A stretch of DNA of 63,698 nucleotides, counting the filler, from an uncultured Gemmatimonadota bacterium (GTDB taxonomy: Bacteria > Blakebacterota > Blakebacteria > Blakebacterales > Blakebacteraceae): assembly GCA_964576115.1 (NCBI GenBank). It is 3 parts of 3 records of this genome, joined end to end, with 100 filler letters (N's around TTAATTAATTAA, not from the genome) between each part and the next. Parts side by side here need not be neighbours in the genome. Positions count along the whole stretch, not along the records: positions 20,464 to 51,797 come from CAZNUA010000040.1; positions 51,898 to 63,698 come from CAZNUA010000079.1; 1 more part is not named here. The stretch is one strand, 5' to 3'. Below are positions 42,719-53,048 of the stretch, one piece after another. Numbering within the stretch: the first letter of the stretch is position 1; every line of letters starts with the position of its first letter. The position numbers and the translations under genes were made by a program. The notes under the pieces are model-generated. The model was not told where the DNA came from, did no database searches, and saw nothing but the letters and a program-made list of their open reading frames with translations.

Positions 42719-43714
42719 TCAGGGCCGGTCGGTCCTCCCGGCACGCCCCACCGAAGCCCGGGCGAAGTGCAGGACCGCCGCGACGGTGGCCCGGGCGATC
42801 TGCGTCACATACCCGGGATCCATATTGGCCAGGACATCGTCGGGGGTGTGCGGGTAATCCGATTCATTGGTCTCATAGAAACCGGTAATGACATAGCCCG
42901 CATCTTCGAAGGGCACGTAATCGCTGCCGTAGGCATGCGCGATACGGGTATCGAGCGAAGAATAGGCCCGCGTCAGGGCCGCCAGGGTGTCGGTACAGGC
43001 CGCCGAAGCGGCGTTGTTCTCCAGGGGCTGACCTTCATCCCGCTCGCAGGTCACGACGGTATTGTCTTCACCGGCAACGCCGCCGACCTCATCGATGTTG
43101 AGCACCAGGGCGATATCCATCGTTTCGGGTACCACGATCTGGTTGACGTAGGCCCGGCTGCCGATCAGGCCGATCTCCTCGGCGGTGAAAGCGATGAACC
43201 GGATGGAGATATCGCACTCGATATCGGCCAGCAGGCGGGCGGTCTCGAGAATGACCGCCACCCCGGAACCGTTGTCGTTCACGCCGGGCCCCCGGATGGT
43301 ATCGTAGTGCCCGTCGATGACGAGAAAGCGGTCGGGATCGACCGCACCCCGTTTGGTGACGATGATGTTCTGCAGGGTGTGGTCGCGGAAGACGACATCC
43401 TGACGGACGATATCGGTGTAGCCGAAAGCCGAAAAGCGGTCGACGAGCCAGTCGGCGGTGGCCCGCAGGGCAGACGAACCGGCGCTCTTGACACCGAGGG
43501 TTTCGAGTGTGCGCAGCGTGGCCAGGACCGAGTCGGCCGAGACCCGCTCGACGATCCCGGCCAGGGCCGGCTCCGCCGCCAGCTCGAGCCGGGGGGCGGG
43601 TTCCTGTGCTGCAAGACCGGGAACCGTGAGACCGACGATAGCCGCCAGGAGCACCAGTGATATCGCCGTACGAGACGCTTTGGGTCCGAACATGCCCGGA
43701 AACTGGTCGATCAT
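42719..43714 (-). CDS. Secreted M28 family metallopeptidase
   Basis: GHYDT, GVNDNGSG, FTAEEIGLIGS, NIDE, GSDY, HTPDD zinc ligands; signal peptide. Confidence 0.9.
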   Translation of the reverse strand: MIDQFPGMFGPKASRTAISLVLLAAIVGLTVPGLAAQEPAPRLELAAEPALAGIVERVSADSVLATLRTLETLGVKSAGSSALRATADWLVDRFSAFGYTDIVRQDVVFRDHTLQNIIVTKRGAVDPDRFLVIDGHYDTIRGPGVNDNGSGVAVILETARLLADIECDISIRFIAFTAEEIGLIGSRAYVNQIVVPETMDIALVLNIDEVGGVAGEDNTVVTCERDEGQPLENNAASAACTDTLAALTRAYSSLDTRIAHAYGSDYVPFEDAGYVITGFYETNESDYPHTPDDVLANMDPGYVTQIARATVAAVLHFARASVGRAGRTDRP

Positions 43715-43812
43715 ATCATTCCTTCCTGCCGATCGGGGATAAGGATGCTCTGAATTCTGGTACGACCGGTACTTGCCCCGGGTTCTGATGCAATGCCGGA
43801 CCGCGTCGGCGC

Positions 43813-46161
43813 TCACCGCCCGATCTCGACCGTGGCCCGCCAGTAGCGGGCCTTGCCGTAGTCCTCCTGGACCGGGGTGCCGTCATAGGCCAGGCCGTAA
43901 TACCCGGGCTTGCCCTGATAGAGAAGCTGACCGTCCCAGAGCGCCCGGGTCAGGTTGACGATGGTGTAGTCGAGAGTCGAATCCCGGTGCCGGGCGAAGA
44001 TGAAATCGCCGTTGGTCTCGACCTGTCCGACCTCGATCCGCCCGGTCTGCCACGTGTAGCGGGGCCGGCGCCAGTCACGGAACATGTCCTGACGCAGGTC
44101 GTTCTTGGCCCCCACGATGTACTCGGCACCTTCATGTTCGATCATGACGCCGATTGCCGAGCGGCCGGGCCCGGTGTCGGCCAGACGGATACGCTCGACC
44201 CACTGTTCGGGATCGTCCGAGGCGGGGTGCGGCACCAGGACCGTCACGAAAGCCTCGGTCTCGCCCAGTTCGAAGTGGTGAGCGGTCATCTGGTGGATGG
44301 CGATCTCCTCCTGGTAGTGCCGCTGAGCCGTCTCGGTCCCCTCGAGCCGGAAATGGGTGTGCGGAAAGCAGATGAGCAAGTGCTCGTCGGTGGGCAGTTC
44401 GGTGTTCTGGATCCGGTCATAGACGGTGTCGTACCAGTGCTCGCCGCGCGAGGTGATCTGCCGGGTGTGCCAGAAATTGGCGATAGTGAAGTACTCCTCG
44501 ACCCGGGCCTTGACGATATCGAAGACCACGAAGACATTCGGTTCCTTCACCCAGGCAATGACCCGGTCCCACGCATATCCCCAGCGGTCGTCGATCATGC
44601 GGGTGCGGCTGTAGTCGACATCGGGCAGGGTGATGAAATCGATCTTGCGGGTACGCACCTCGCGGTAGGAGCCGGCGTTGCGCATGAACTCGAGCACCCC
44701 CTGCCCCGGCACGTCCTCCTGGTCGGAATAGCGCCACTCCCCCGCTTCCTGGCCCATGAAGATCTTCTCGGGTCGCACGCAGATGCGGTTGTGGAAGTAA
44801 TCCTGGCGGTAGGCTCCATACGGCCCGCTCGGCATGTAATCACGGTAGCCGCCGTCGTGGAGCAGAACCGAGCCCCCTGACATGAGCAGGGCGATCGAGT
44901 TCTCGTCGGCGTGGCCGTGGGTCATCTTCTCTTCCTCGACCGGAATGGTGTCGCGCAGGTAATCGCGGAAGTACACCCCGCCGTCGCCCTCGTCGCGGTA
45001 ATTCAGGAGCAGGTAGGTGGCCTCGGGATCCCAGCCGTCGCGCAGGACGACCTTCTTGCCCTGCACGTCTTCCATGACCTCCATCGAACCGCCGGTGGGA
45101 ACTTCGGCTTCGATTGCGTCACTGCCCCAGCGGAAGGCGTCGAGCAGGAAGACCCCGAGCCCGATGCTGGCCGGTTCGTCGAAGTTCACGAAGCGGCGGG
45201 CGATCTCGTCGGCCGCCCACTGCAGGTGCGGATCGCCGTACTGGGCCGCTGCGGCCTGGAAAAACACCAGGTAATGACGCCAGTTCGCCGTCCAATGAGC
45301 GTCGCCGAAGTCGGGGACGATCCCGTACGGGCACATCAGGTTCAAGAAGTAGTGGGCGTAGTAGTAGATCTCGGGGGTGCGGAAGAGTTCGGCGAACTCA
45401 CCACGAGTGTCGGCATAGCCCATCAGGGCATAGAGCCAGACGCCGTGGTAGATGGTGGCATCCTCGATCTCCCAGGCTCCCCAGTTGTCGTCCCCCAGAG
45501 CCCGGCGCTGCATCTCCCAGACCGGGGTACGCTCGTGACGGGGGAGAGCCCGTACGGCCCAGGCCAGGGTTTCGGCCCGCAGGGCGGTACGGTTCATGGG
45601 CCCCCACTCGGCCGTCTGCAGCAGGTACTCCATGCTGTGGGCGATCAGGTCGCGGCAGTCGGCGACCTCGCGACGGGAGAGGTGGCCCAGCCGGTTGAGA
45701 GTGTCGAAGGCCTTGATGTAGCGCATGGCGGTGAAGAAGTCGGGCAGGGCCGGGATCCCGTCGGTGTAATCGGGCCGCAGTTCCACGGCCCACTCCGGGA
45801 AGGCGGCCCGGTAGTCGCCGTATTCGGTCAGCACTTTCTTTATCCGGGGCAGACAACTCCGGTCGTCCTCGTGCTCGAGGAACCAGGCGTAGATGACGGC
45901 CATCTCGAGCAGGCCGCCGGGGGCGCGGTAGCCGAAGACGTTCTCGGGATCGAAGCTCGCCTCCCAGCGCTCGATGATCTCGTCATAACGCTCCCAGGTT
46001 GCATCGGCCGAGGCCCGGGCATAATCGAGGTAGGCCTGCCGCTCGATCCTCTCCTGGGCCGCGACGGCGCTTCCGCCATCACCGAGTCCCGAAACCGCCA
46101 GCAGTATCGAACCCAGCACCATCGCCGGGATGGTTGTCCGGCTGCCGCTCATCTCTCTCAC
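43813..46161 (-). CDS. Secreted protein with heparinase II/III-like (polysaccharide lyase-like) C-terminal region
   Basis: Signal peptide; helical N-part; VPDFGDA and HGHADENSI..LLHDGGY..HN motifs. Confidence 0.6.
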   Translation of the reverse strand: MREMSGSRTTIPAMVLGSILLAVSGLGDGGSAVAAQERIERQAYLDYARASADATWERYDEIIERWEASFDPENVFGYRAPGGLLEMAVIYAWFLEHEDDRSCLPRIKKVLTEYGDYRAAFPEWAVELRPDYTDGIPALPDFFTAMRYIKAFDTLNRLGHLSRREVADCRDLIAHSMEYLLQTAEWGPMNRTALRAETLAWAVRALPRHERTPVWEMQRRALGDDNWGAWEIEDATIYHGVWLYALMGYADTRGEFAELFRTPEIYYYAHYFLNLMCPYGIVPDFGDAHWTANWRHYLVFFQAAAAQYGDPHLQWAADEIARRFVNFDEPASIGLGVFLLDAFRWGSDAIEAEVPTGGSMEVMEDVQGKKVVLRDGWDPEATYLLLNYRDEGDGGVYFRDYLRDTIPVEEEKMTHGHADENSIALLMSGGSVLLHDGGYRDYMPSGPYGAYRQDYFHNRICVRPEKIFMGQEAGEWRYSDQEDVPGQGVLEFMRNAGSYREVRTRKIDFITLPDVDYSRTRMIDDRWGYAWDRVIAWVKEPNVFVVFDIVKARVEEYFTIANFWHTRQITSRGEHWYDTVYDRIQNTELPTDEHLLICFPHTHFRLEGTETAQRHYQEEIAIHQMTAHHFELGETEAFVTVLVPHPASDDPEQWVERIRLADTGPGRSAIGVMIEHEGAEYIVGAKNDLRQDMFRDWRRPRYTWQTGRIEVGQVETNGDFIFARHRDSTLDYTIVNLTRALWDGQLLYQGKPGYYGLAYDGTPVQEDYGKARYWRATVEIGR

Positions 46162-46229
46162 TCCCTTTCTCGTTATCCCCCGCCCGGTCCGCCGGCCGGA
46201 GGTCCTTCATACATCTGTCTGATTCCGCC

Positions 46230-48338
46230 CTACCGGATACTGACCATCAGCCAGAGCAGCAAAATGATCACCCCTACCAGCACCCAGCTGCCGAAGAAGC
46301 CGAGGTAGTCGAGGGGCGTGGGTTTCAATATCTCCCACTGCGATCCGGGCCAGATTTTCTCCTGCTCGTACCGGCCGGGATCGGCGTAGGCCGCCGCCAG
46401 GGCCCGTTCCTCCTCCTCGGGGGTGGGCTGAACCGGGGTGTGCATCTTCGCGAAGAAGCGATCGAGATGCTCTTTGCCGACCGGCCGGGTGAGGAAACTG
46501 ATCGCGAAGAGGAGCAGAAAGGGAAAGACGGCGCTGAAAAAGAAGCGCAGGGCTACCAGCCACGATTTCGGGCTCCGGCTGAAATCGAACCCGAACCAGC
46601 TCAGCACCCACAGCTCGGCTTCGAAGCGTCCTACTCCGACCCGGGGGGAGTCGGGATCGTCGGGATCTTCGCGGGCCACCGATTCGAAGAAGATGGCCGC
46701 CGGCTCGATGGTGTGCTCTTTCGTGATCGGCTCGCCGACGCGGCGTGCCCGCCCCTCGTCGACATCCTCCTGCAGGGCTTCGGCCTCGACGACGACCGTA
46801 CGGGCCTCGGTCTGGCGCAGGAAAGCCGGATGGTGGGTAGCCCACGGCATCGAGGCGAAGAGGTTGGGGATGACGGCGTAGATGGCGATACAGATGACGA
46901 CCTGGACCCAGACCGCCGGGCGGGTCAGACGCCGCCAGAGAAAACCGAGCCAGATCGAGGCGCCGAAGATGGCCGGTATGGCGATGGCATACTTGAACAG
47001 CTCGAGCAGATCGTCGACCAGGATCGCCACCAGCAGGCCGCCCACCAGAGTGACCGCGATCGCCCAACGCCCCACCGCCAGGTAATGCTCCTCACTGCGT
47101 CCGGGACGCAGGGGTTCGTAGACATTCTTGATGAACAGGGCCGAGTAGGAGACCGACGAGGCGTCCAGCGTACTCATGTTGGCCGCCAGGATACCGACCA
47201 GCATCAGACCGATGGCGCCGGGGATGAGCAGATCGCGGGTCATGAAGCCCCAGATCAGGTCGGGATCGTGCAGCTGGCCAGCATAGAGCCCGATCGCCAG
47301 CAGCCCCGCCAGGGCCCAGAAGATCATGATCACCCGTTTGAAGAACATCCCCCCGATCATGCCGAAGCGGGCCGTCATTTCGTCTTTGGCCGAACCGGAG
47401 GTCTGCATGCCGGTCGCCACGGCCACAATCGAGACCAGGTTGGCCAGGACCATGGCCAGGATGGTGTACCAGCCGTAATCGCTCAGGGCTCCCGAGCCGA
47501 AGAGATCGAACATGTAGTCGGGCACAGCCGCATGCAGGCCGCTGAAGCCGCCGATCCGGGACAGTCCCAGGGGAATGAGAATCAGGCTGAAGATGACGAT
47601 CAGCACCCCCTGGATCGAGTCGGTGATGGCCGCGGCCCGAAACCCTCCCAGCATGGTGTAGATCCCCACGATCAGCGCGAAGATGAAGTAGAAAACGACA
47701 ACCTTTGTGTGCGAGGCGAAGCTGCGCAGTTCCCCCAGCTTGTTCTTCTCGTTCAGCACCTCGTAGCGGGCTTCTTCTTCGGCACTGAGGCCGGCCTCGG
47801 CACGCTGGTCGAGCAGATCCTGGTACTCGCGGAACTCGAGGATGCTCTGTTGCTCGGCGGCGGTGCACTCCTCCATGGTTTTCGGCGTCAGGGCCTGGAA
47901 GGTCTTGCCGGCCACCATGAAGCCGACCCCGCCGCCGAGGATCGAGACCAGCAGGATGAACACGGCATACGCCCCGCCGAGCGGTTTGGAGCGAAAGCGC
48001 TCGGTGAAGTAATCCCCCAGGGTTGTCAGACGCACCCGCCGGAAGAGATAGACGGTGAACCAGTAGAAGGGAGTCAGGAAGAGCACCAGGTACTGGATCC
48101 ACATCCCCCCGATGCCCTGGCGGTAAATCTCGCGCGAGACCGCCACGGCCTGATCGGCGTTGGTGGAGCAGCCGAAGTTGAGGAAGAACTGGTAGACCTT
48201 GCCCAGCTTGCGCCCGGCCAGGTAGAAATCGCCGGTGTCCTTCGTGCCTTCGGCCGCCCGCTTGCCGATCCAGATGATGACGACGACATACGCGGCGATG
48301 ATCAGGGCGTCGATGATGTGCAGGCCGAAAACCCTCAT
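46230..48338 (-). CDS. Sodium:solute symporter family protein
   Basis: DFYLAGRKLG, YTMLGGFRAAAITDSIQG, GILAANMSTLD; many TMs. Confidence 0.9.
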   Translation of the reverse strand: MRVFGLHIIDALIIAAYVVVIIWIGKRAAEGTKDTGDFYLAGRKLGKVYQFFLNFGCSTNADQAVAVSREIYRQGIGGMWIQYLVLFLTPFYWFTVYLFRRVRLTTLGDYFTERFRSKPLGGAYAVFILLVSILGGGVGFMVAGKTFQALTPKTMEECTAAEQQSILEFREYQDLLDQRAEAGLSAEEEARYEVLNEKNKLGELRSFASHTKVVVFYFIFALIVGIYTMLGGFRAAAITDSIQGVLIVIFSLILIPLGLSRIGGFSGLHAAVPDYMFDLFGSGALSDYGWYTILAMVLANLVSIVAVATGMQTSGSAKDEMTARFGMIGGMFFKRVIMIFWALAGLLAIGLYAGQLHDPDLIWGFMTRDLLIPGAIGLMLVGILAANMSTLDASSVSYSALFIKNVYEPLRPGRSEEHYLAVGRWAIAVTLVGGLLVAILVDDLLELFKYAIAIPAIFGASIWLGFLWRRLTRPAVWVQVVICIAIYAVIPNLFASMPWATHHPAFLRQTEARTVVVEAEALQEDVDEGRARRVGEPITKEHTIEPAAIFFESVAREDPDDPDSPRVGVGRFEAELWVLSWFGFDFSRSPKSWLVALRFFFSAVFPFLLLFAISFLTRPVGKEHLDRFFAKMHTPVQPTPEEEERALAAAYADPGRYEQEKIWPGSQWEILKPTPLDYLGFFGSWVLVGVIILLLWLMVSIR

Positions 48339-49366
48339 GCCTGATCTGCCGTCCCTTTCCCGGGGTGAAGGCGGTCCCAGGCCGAAAAGACCGCGAAGAT
48401 GTTCTCAGGCATGGCACCGGGCCCGAACTCGCACTGGGCGATGCAACCCCCGTCGGCCCAGAGGTTGTCATACACCCGTTCGACCGCCTGCTCAACGTCG
48501 GCCGGGGTTCCATAGGCCAGGATCTGCTGGCGGTCGATCTCGCCCCAGAAGGTGATCCGGCCGCGATAGAGCCGGCCGAGCTCTTCGATGTCCATGCAGA
48601 AAAGCTGGCTGTTCAGCGCATCCACACCCAGGGAGGCCAGCTCGCCGATGATGCCGGTGATATGACCGTCCGAATGCATGAAGACTTTCTTGCCCCGGGC
48701 CCGCGCGATCTCGGCGTAGTCGGCATAGAGGGGCCGAAAGTGCTCGTGCCAGATGGCCGGATCGACCATCAACCCCGCCTGGGTGCCCCAGTCGTCCATC
48801 AGGGCGATGGCGTCCACCCCGGTCGCAGCCCACGCTTCGACCTCGCGCAGGTAGAAACGGTGGATGGTGTCGAGCAGCTCGAAGAGTTCGGGAGGCTGTT
48901 CGAAGAGATCGATCAGGGCCTGTTCCATGGTGCGCAGGAAGCAGAGCCGTTCGAAGGGACGCACCACCGTACCGGCCAGGACGAACTCCTCGGAATCGCG
49001 GCAGAAGGCATTGATGGCGTCGACATCGAGGTCGAGAACGACTTCGGGGGGGGTGAAGTCTTCCAGATCGTCCCACGTCGCAATCAGAGGCTCGTGGACG
49101 ATGCCGATGATCCCGTCCTGCGGATTCTCGAACCGGCAGCCCCACTCGTCGATGTAAGCGCCCCGGCGGTAGCGCTCGCCTGTGACGGGAGGCGGCGAGC
49201 GGTAGAGCGCCGGAGCACCGACCAGATCGTCGGGCCAGGTGGCCCGCAGACGGACGACAGCATCGGGGTGGTTCCCTTCAGCCCAGGGCAGGAGCCAGGT
49301 CTGCCGGGGGATACGGGGAGGAGCGCCGAACTCGAGTGTGTCCCGAACGAGCTCCCGTGAGGTCAT
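48335..49366 (-). CDS. Uroporphyrinogen decarboxylase/MtaA-CmuA superfamily protein
   Basis: MTSRELV, IDEWGC, DDWGTQ, FMHSDG, FWGEIDRQ, PENI. Confidence 0.85.
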   Translation of the reverse strand: MTSRELVRDTLEFGAPPRIPRQTWLLPWAEGNHPDAVVRLRATWPDDLVGAPALYRSPPPVTGERYRRGAYIDEWGCRFENPQDGIIGIVHEPLIATWDDLEDFTPPEVVLDLDVDAINAFCRDSEEFVLAGTVVRPFERLCFLRTMEQALIDLFEQPPELFELLDTIHRFYLREVEAWAATGVDAIALMDDWGTQAGLMVDPAIWHEHFRPLYADYAEIARARGKKVFMHSDGHITGIIGELASLGVDALNSQLFCMDIEELGRLYRGRITFWGEIDRQQILAYGTPADVEQAVERVYDNLWADGGCIAQCEFGPGAMPENIFAVFSAWDRLHPGKGTADQA

Positions 49367-49392
49367 GTTCTCCCCTCTCGGCGGGGTGGGCA

Positions 49393-50694
49393 CTACCGCG
49401 AAAACAAAACGTATCGGGTAAAATCAATGCGCTCCCCCGCCTGCGCCCACTCTATTCCGTCCCCGGGTCCGGATTCGGAGGGCAGCCGTCCCTCGGCATA
49501 GCACCGACCGAAAACCTCATCCAGATTCCGGATCCAGAGCCGGGAACCGTCGGGAGCCCGATCGACGAGCTCGCTCCGGACCGTAACCGGTGCCCGAACC
49601 GATTCGTGGGCCCCGTTGACGACCAGGGTCTGAGCCCGGGCGGCCTCGGGGGGACAGATGACCTCCGCCCTGCCGGCCTGTCCGCCGTCCCGTCCGCCGG
49701 CCTGCCCCGGATGCACCCCCCTCCGTCCCGCCCACTCGATGGCCCGGAAGAGCTTGGTGAACTGATGACTCTCCTCGGGCGAACCGTAGTCGAGTTCTCC
49801 GCCGTCGGCAGTCACGGCCCGGACCGGCTCTCGTCCCCCCGCATAGCTGATCACGGCCTTTTCACACTCGATCCGGAAAACCGGCGGGTACTCGGACCCG
49901 GTAGCGTGGGAGCCGAGGAAGAGGAGTTCGGTCCCGGCCGCCGTCTCGACCCGGGCCGCCACCGTATCGGCTGTCTCGATCTCGTAGGCCCGGGCCATTT
50001 CGGCCGTGACCGCGACCGGTTCGGCACTGCGCTCGGTTTCGGGACCGAGCAGGTAGAGCAGGTTGTGCATGAAGTGGGCCATGGCGTTGTTCAGGGGAGT
50101 GTCGAGAATCCAGCGCCCCTCTCCCGAACGCAGCCGCCCGGCCCAGTCGTTGCGGGCGTAGTAGTCCCGTCCCCGGGGCCAGAGGCAGAGGGTCGCGGCC
50201 CGCAGCGGGCGGCCCCAGCGGCCGGCCATCAGGTCGGCCTTCAGAGCCCTGATTGCGTCGGAGAACGACCACTGATAGCCGACGCTCACCCAGCGGTCGC
50301 TCGCGTCACGGGCCCGGATCAGATCATCGGCTTCCTGTACCGCAGCCCCGAGCGGCTTGTCACAGAGCACATGACAGCCCTGCTCGAGACAGGTGATCGA
50401 CTGGGGGACATGGAAGTGGATCGGGGAGGAGATGACCGCCAGGTCGGCCGCACCGCCAGAGTTGAAGAACGTCTCGACACTCTCGTGCACGCCGATCCCG
50501 GCCTCGTGCACAGCCGGCAGGAGGGCCGAGTTCTCCGGTTGCGGGTCCACCACCCCGACCAGTTCGTACGCGGCCGGATCGCACTCCTCGAGCAGGGTTT
50601 TCAGATACCAGTAGCCGTAGCCTCCGATACCGATCATGAGGATGCGGACCCGGGCCGGCATACCGCTCTCGACGATTCCACCAGCTGACGACAT
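49393..50694 (-). CDS. Gfo/Idh/MocA family oxidoreductase
   Basis: IGIGGYG, SSPIHFH, HVLCDKP, VGYQW, NNAMAHF. Confidence 0.88.
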   Translation of the reverse strand: MSSAGGIVESGMPARVRILMIGIGGYGYWYLKTLLEECDPAAYELVGVVDPQPENSALLPAVHEAGIGVHESVETFFNSGGAADLAVISSPIHFHVPQSITCLEQGCHVLCDKPLGAAVQEADDLIRARDASDRWVSVGYQWSFSDAIRALKADLMAGRWGRPLRAATLCLWPRGRDYYARNDWAGRLRSGEGRWILDTPLNNAMAHFMHNLLYLLGPETERSAEPVAVTAEMARAYEIETADTVAARVETAAGTELLFLGSHATGSEYPPVFRIECEKAVISYAGGREPVRAVTADGGELDYGSPEESHQFTKLFRAIEWAGRRGVHPGQAGGRDGGQAGRAEVICPPEAARAQTLVVNGAHESVRAPVTVRSELVDRAPDGSRLWIRNLDEVFGRCYAEGRLPSESGPGDGIEWAQAGERIDFTRYVLFSR

Positions 50695-50859
50695 GTTCTT
50701 CCCTCCGGAAGACAACCCGAAACGTGCGGAGTGTAGCACGCCACTCGGCACCTCGGCCATGTCGAGCCATCGAGCGGCGAGCACCTTGAGATTCGGCCTT
50801 CCCGGATTCTATGATGATGGTCTCTCGTTCCGGCCTATCTGCACCAGACGAGGAAGCTG

Positions 50860-51797
50860 ATGCCGCTATGCATACCGCGAGCCCGTCTTTCACCATTTTT
50901 CCCGATCACAATACTCCTGGTCACCCTGGCCTGCTCAGAACAGACGGGTCCCTCCGACAGCGTCCCCCCCGTTCCCGGACGTGACGGACTGATCCGGTTC
51001 GAATACCCGACAGACACGAGCGTCACCCTCGTCTGGACACAGGGGACCGACGATATGACGGCTCAACCAGGTCTTCAGTACAAAGTCTGTTCCTCACAGA
51101 AACCGGATATCACCACGGTCGAGGAGGCCGAATCGAACGGAACAGTGCTCCTGGATTGGTCCACGGCTGCTTTCACGGTGACCGATACAATCCCCGCCGG
51201 TCAGACAGCATACCGGTATTACAACGTTCTGGTCCGCGACGCCGGAGGCAACACCACTCCCTATAACATGCTGTCGTGGCGGATCCCGCCGGGGGCTGTA
51301 TTCTGGCCTATCAATACTTCTGTCCGTCGGGCGGAACTGAACGGTACCGGAAACACCGTGGCTTTCATCAACGGTGGATTCGCTGGTCTTCATGTGCATC
51401 CCTCAGAACCGCTGATTTTTCTGACGACCGGGACCAAGATCGTCCGAATCGGCGTGGATGGGACCGGACAGAGGGATGTGCTCACTGCTCCCTGTTTCGG
51501 GAAAATCCGGATCGACCCCGTCTGCGAGAAGATGTTCTGGCTGGATGAACATACACGTGCCCTCTACTCGGCCGACCTGGAAGGCAGTGTTCTGGATACC
51601 CTTTTCAGCTCTTTCGACTGCCCCGGCTCTCTGGCCGTCGATTCTTCGGCCGGCATGATCTACATATCCGACGGCGGGGACATCTATCCCCGGATTCTCA
51701 GGATGAACACCGATGGAACCGGCTACGAGATCTTCGTCTATGACCCCACAGGGTGCCCGCTCGACCTGGCCGTGGACGAGATAAACGGAAGACTCTA
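50860..51797 (+). CDS. Lipoprotein with FN3-like domain and LDL-receptor class B (YWTD)-like propeller repeats, truncated at contig end
   Basis: Lipobox TLAC; WTQGTDD..YYNVLVRDAGGN; KMFWLDE..YSADLEGS, IYISDG..RMNTDGT. Confidence 0.65.
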
Positions 51798-51897
51798 NNN
51801 NNNNNNNNNNNNNNNNNNNNNNNNNNNNNNNNNNNNNNNNNTTAATTAATTAANNNNNNNNNNNNNNNNNNNNNNNNNNNNNNNNNNNNNNNNNNNN
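51798..51897. other. Artificial contig linker (N-TTAATTAATTAA-N)
   Basis: TTAATTAATTAA at 51842-51853 within N run. Confidence 0.97.
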
Positions 51898-51899
51898 AC

Positions 51900-51974
51900 C
51901 TGCACTTCGACGTCACTCTGGTCGATGTACGCGAAGCCAGCGAAGCGGAATTAAAGCAGGGTCTCGAGGACTGA
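51900..51974 (+). CDS. slyD: C-terminal fragment of SlyD-like FKBP peptidyl-prolyl isomerase (no His-rich tail)
   Basis: Manual translation LHFDVTLVDVREASEAELKQGLED*. Confidence 0.7.
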   Translation: MHFDVTLVDVREASEAELKQGLED

Positions 51975-51981
51975 GCCTCCT

Positions 51982-52488
51982 TCATCCCTCCGGTCGGTCG
52001 TCTATAACAGCGCGGCTCGTGACGGTCCCGGTATGATCGATGACCATGATACGATTTCCGGCGACGTGACGGGCGGTGATTTCCAGGTCGTTCTGCTGAC
52101 CGCGCACGACGGTGACGGTCAGGTCGGGATCGGTTTTGAGCCCCAGTTCCACCAGATCCTCCAGATCGACCCTTGCCCAGGGATCGCGGGCGAAGAATTG
52201 CAGGGCTGTCACCATGGCTTCGCGCGCTTTGAGCTCAGCCAGTTCGTTGCAGCGCCCGCGGGCTTCAGCGATCATCTCGGCCGCCGTTGCCGCGGCTTCG
52301 GTTCCGGGATACTCGGCGATGAGATCATCGAGATGCGCAATCAGACCGCTCCAGTCACCCTGCTGGATCAGGGGCTGGACAGCAAGCATCTCGTTGCGGG
52401 CCGCCCGTTCCCGACCGGTACAGGTAAGGAGCAGACCCGTACCCGCCGCGACGGTTATCAGTAGCGCACAGGTGCGTCCGGCTTTCAT
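51982..52488 (-). CDS. Exported hypothetical protein with pilin-head-like C-terminal half
   Basis: Signal with LLTC; LIAEYPGTEAA helix pair; AMVTALQFF..LEITARHVAG..IDHTG. Confidence 0.6.
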   Translation of the reverse strand: MKAGRTCALLITVAAGTGLLLTCTGRERAARNEMLAVQPLIQQGDWSGLIAHLDDLIAEYPGTEAAATAAEMIAEARGRCNELAELKAREAMVTALQFFARDPWARVDLEDLVELGLKTDPDLTVTVVRGQQNDLEITARHVAGNRIMVIDHTGTVTSRAVIDDRPEG

Positions 52489-52648
52489 CAGCTTCCTCCG
52501 GCAGGGTATTCAGCAGACTGACCGATGTTCACAAGCGTACGCCGGGCGCGATGGGTGGTGCAAGAATGGTGTCGAAGCCGATCGGGATCTGCTGCATATT
52601 GGGCAGGTTGCCGAATCACCTGCCGCGCTCTTCGGGAAGGAGTGATAC

Positions 52649-52849
52649 ATGAAGCCGATCGAACGCCTGACACAGATCAGCGACACCTGGCACGAATTCT
52701 TCAAACTCTACCACACCTCACTCGAGCAGATCATGGAGCCCGAGGAGGGAACCGACCCGCAGCAGGTCTTCCAGGAGGGTATTACCGAGGCCACCGCTTT
52801 GAGCGACCGGCTCGACTCCATTCTGGACGAGCTCAGAACCGCTCTCTGA
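52649..52849 (+). CDS. Small acidic helical hypothetical protein
   Basis: GAAGGAG RBS; 66 aa; typical codon usage; followed by hairpins. Confidence 0.6.
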   Translation: MKPIERLTQISDTWHEFFKLYHTSLEQIMEPEEGTDPQQVFQEGITEATALSDRLDSILDELRTAL

Positions 52850-52853
52850 TTCC

Positions 52854-52917
52854 CGTCCGGGTTTCCCGGACGAATACGTTCTTCACCGAACCGACCGGTT
52901 CGCGGGCAACCGGTCGG
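52854..52917. terminator. Two hairpins after the small ORF
   Basis: cgtccggg-ttt-cccggacg and ccgaccggtt-N7-aaccggtcgg; no clear U-tract. Confidence 0.4.
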
Positions 52918-53048
52918 CCCGGGTCAAGAGCGGGAACCCCCGTCTACGATACTGCGTATCACCGGGAAACAGGCATGGAATAGAACATCTCTATGTGGGG
53001 ATTCCGTGCCAGATGATATGACTGGCTCTGTTCCCCCTGGAGGTATCC

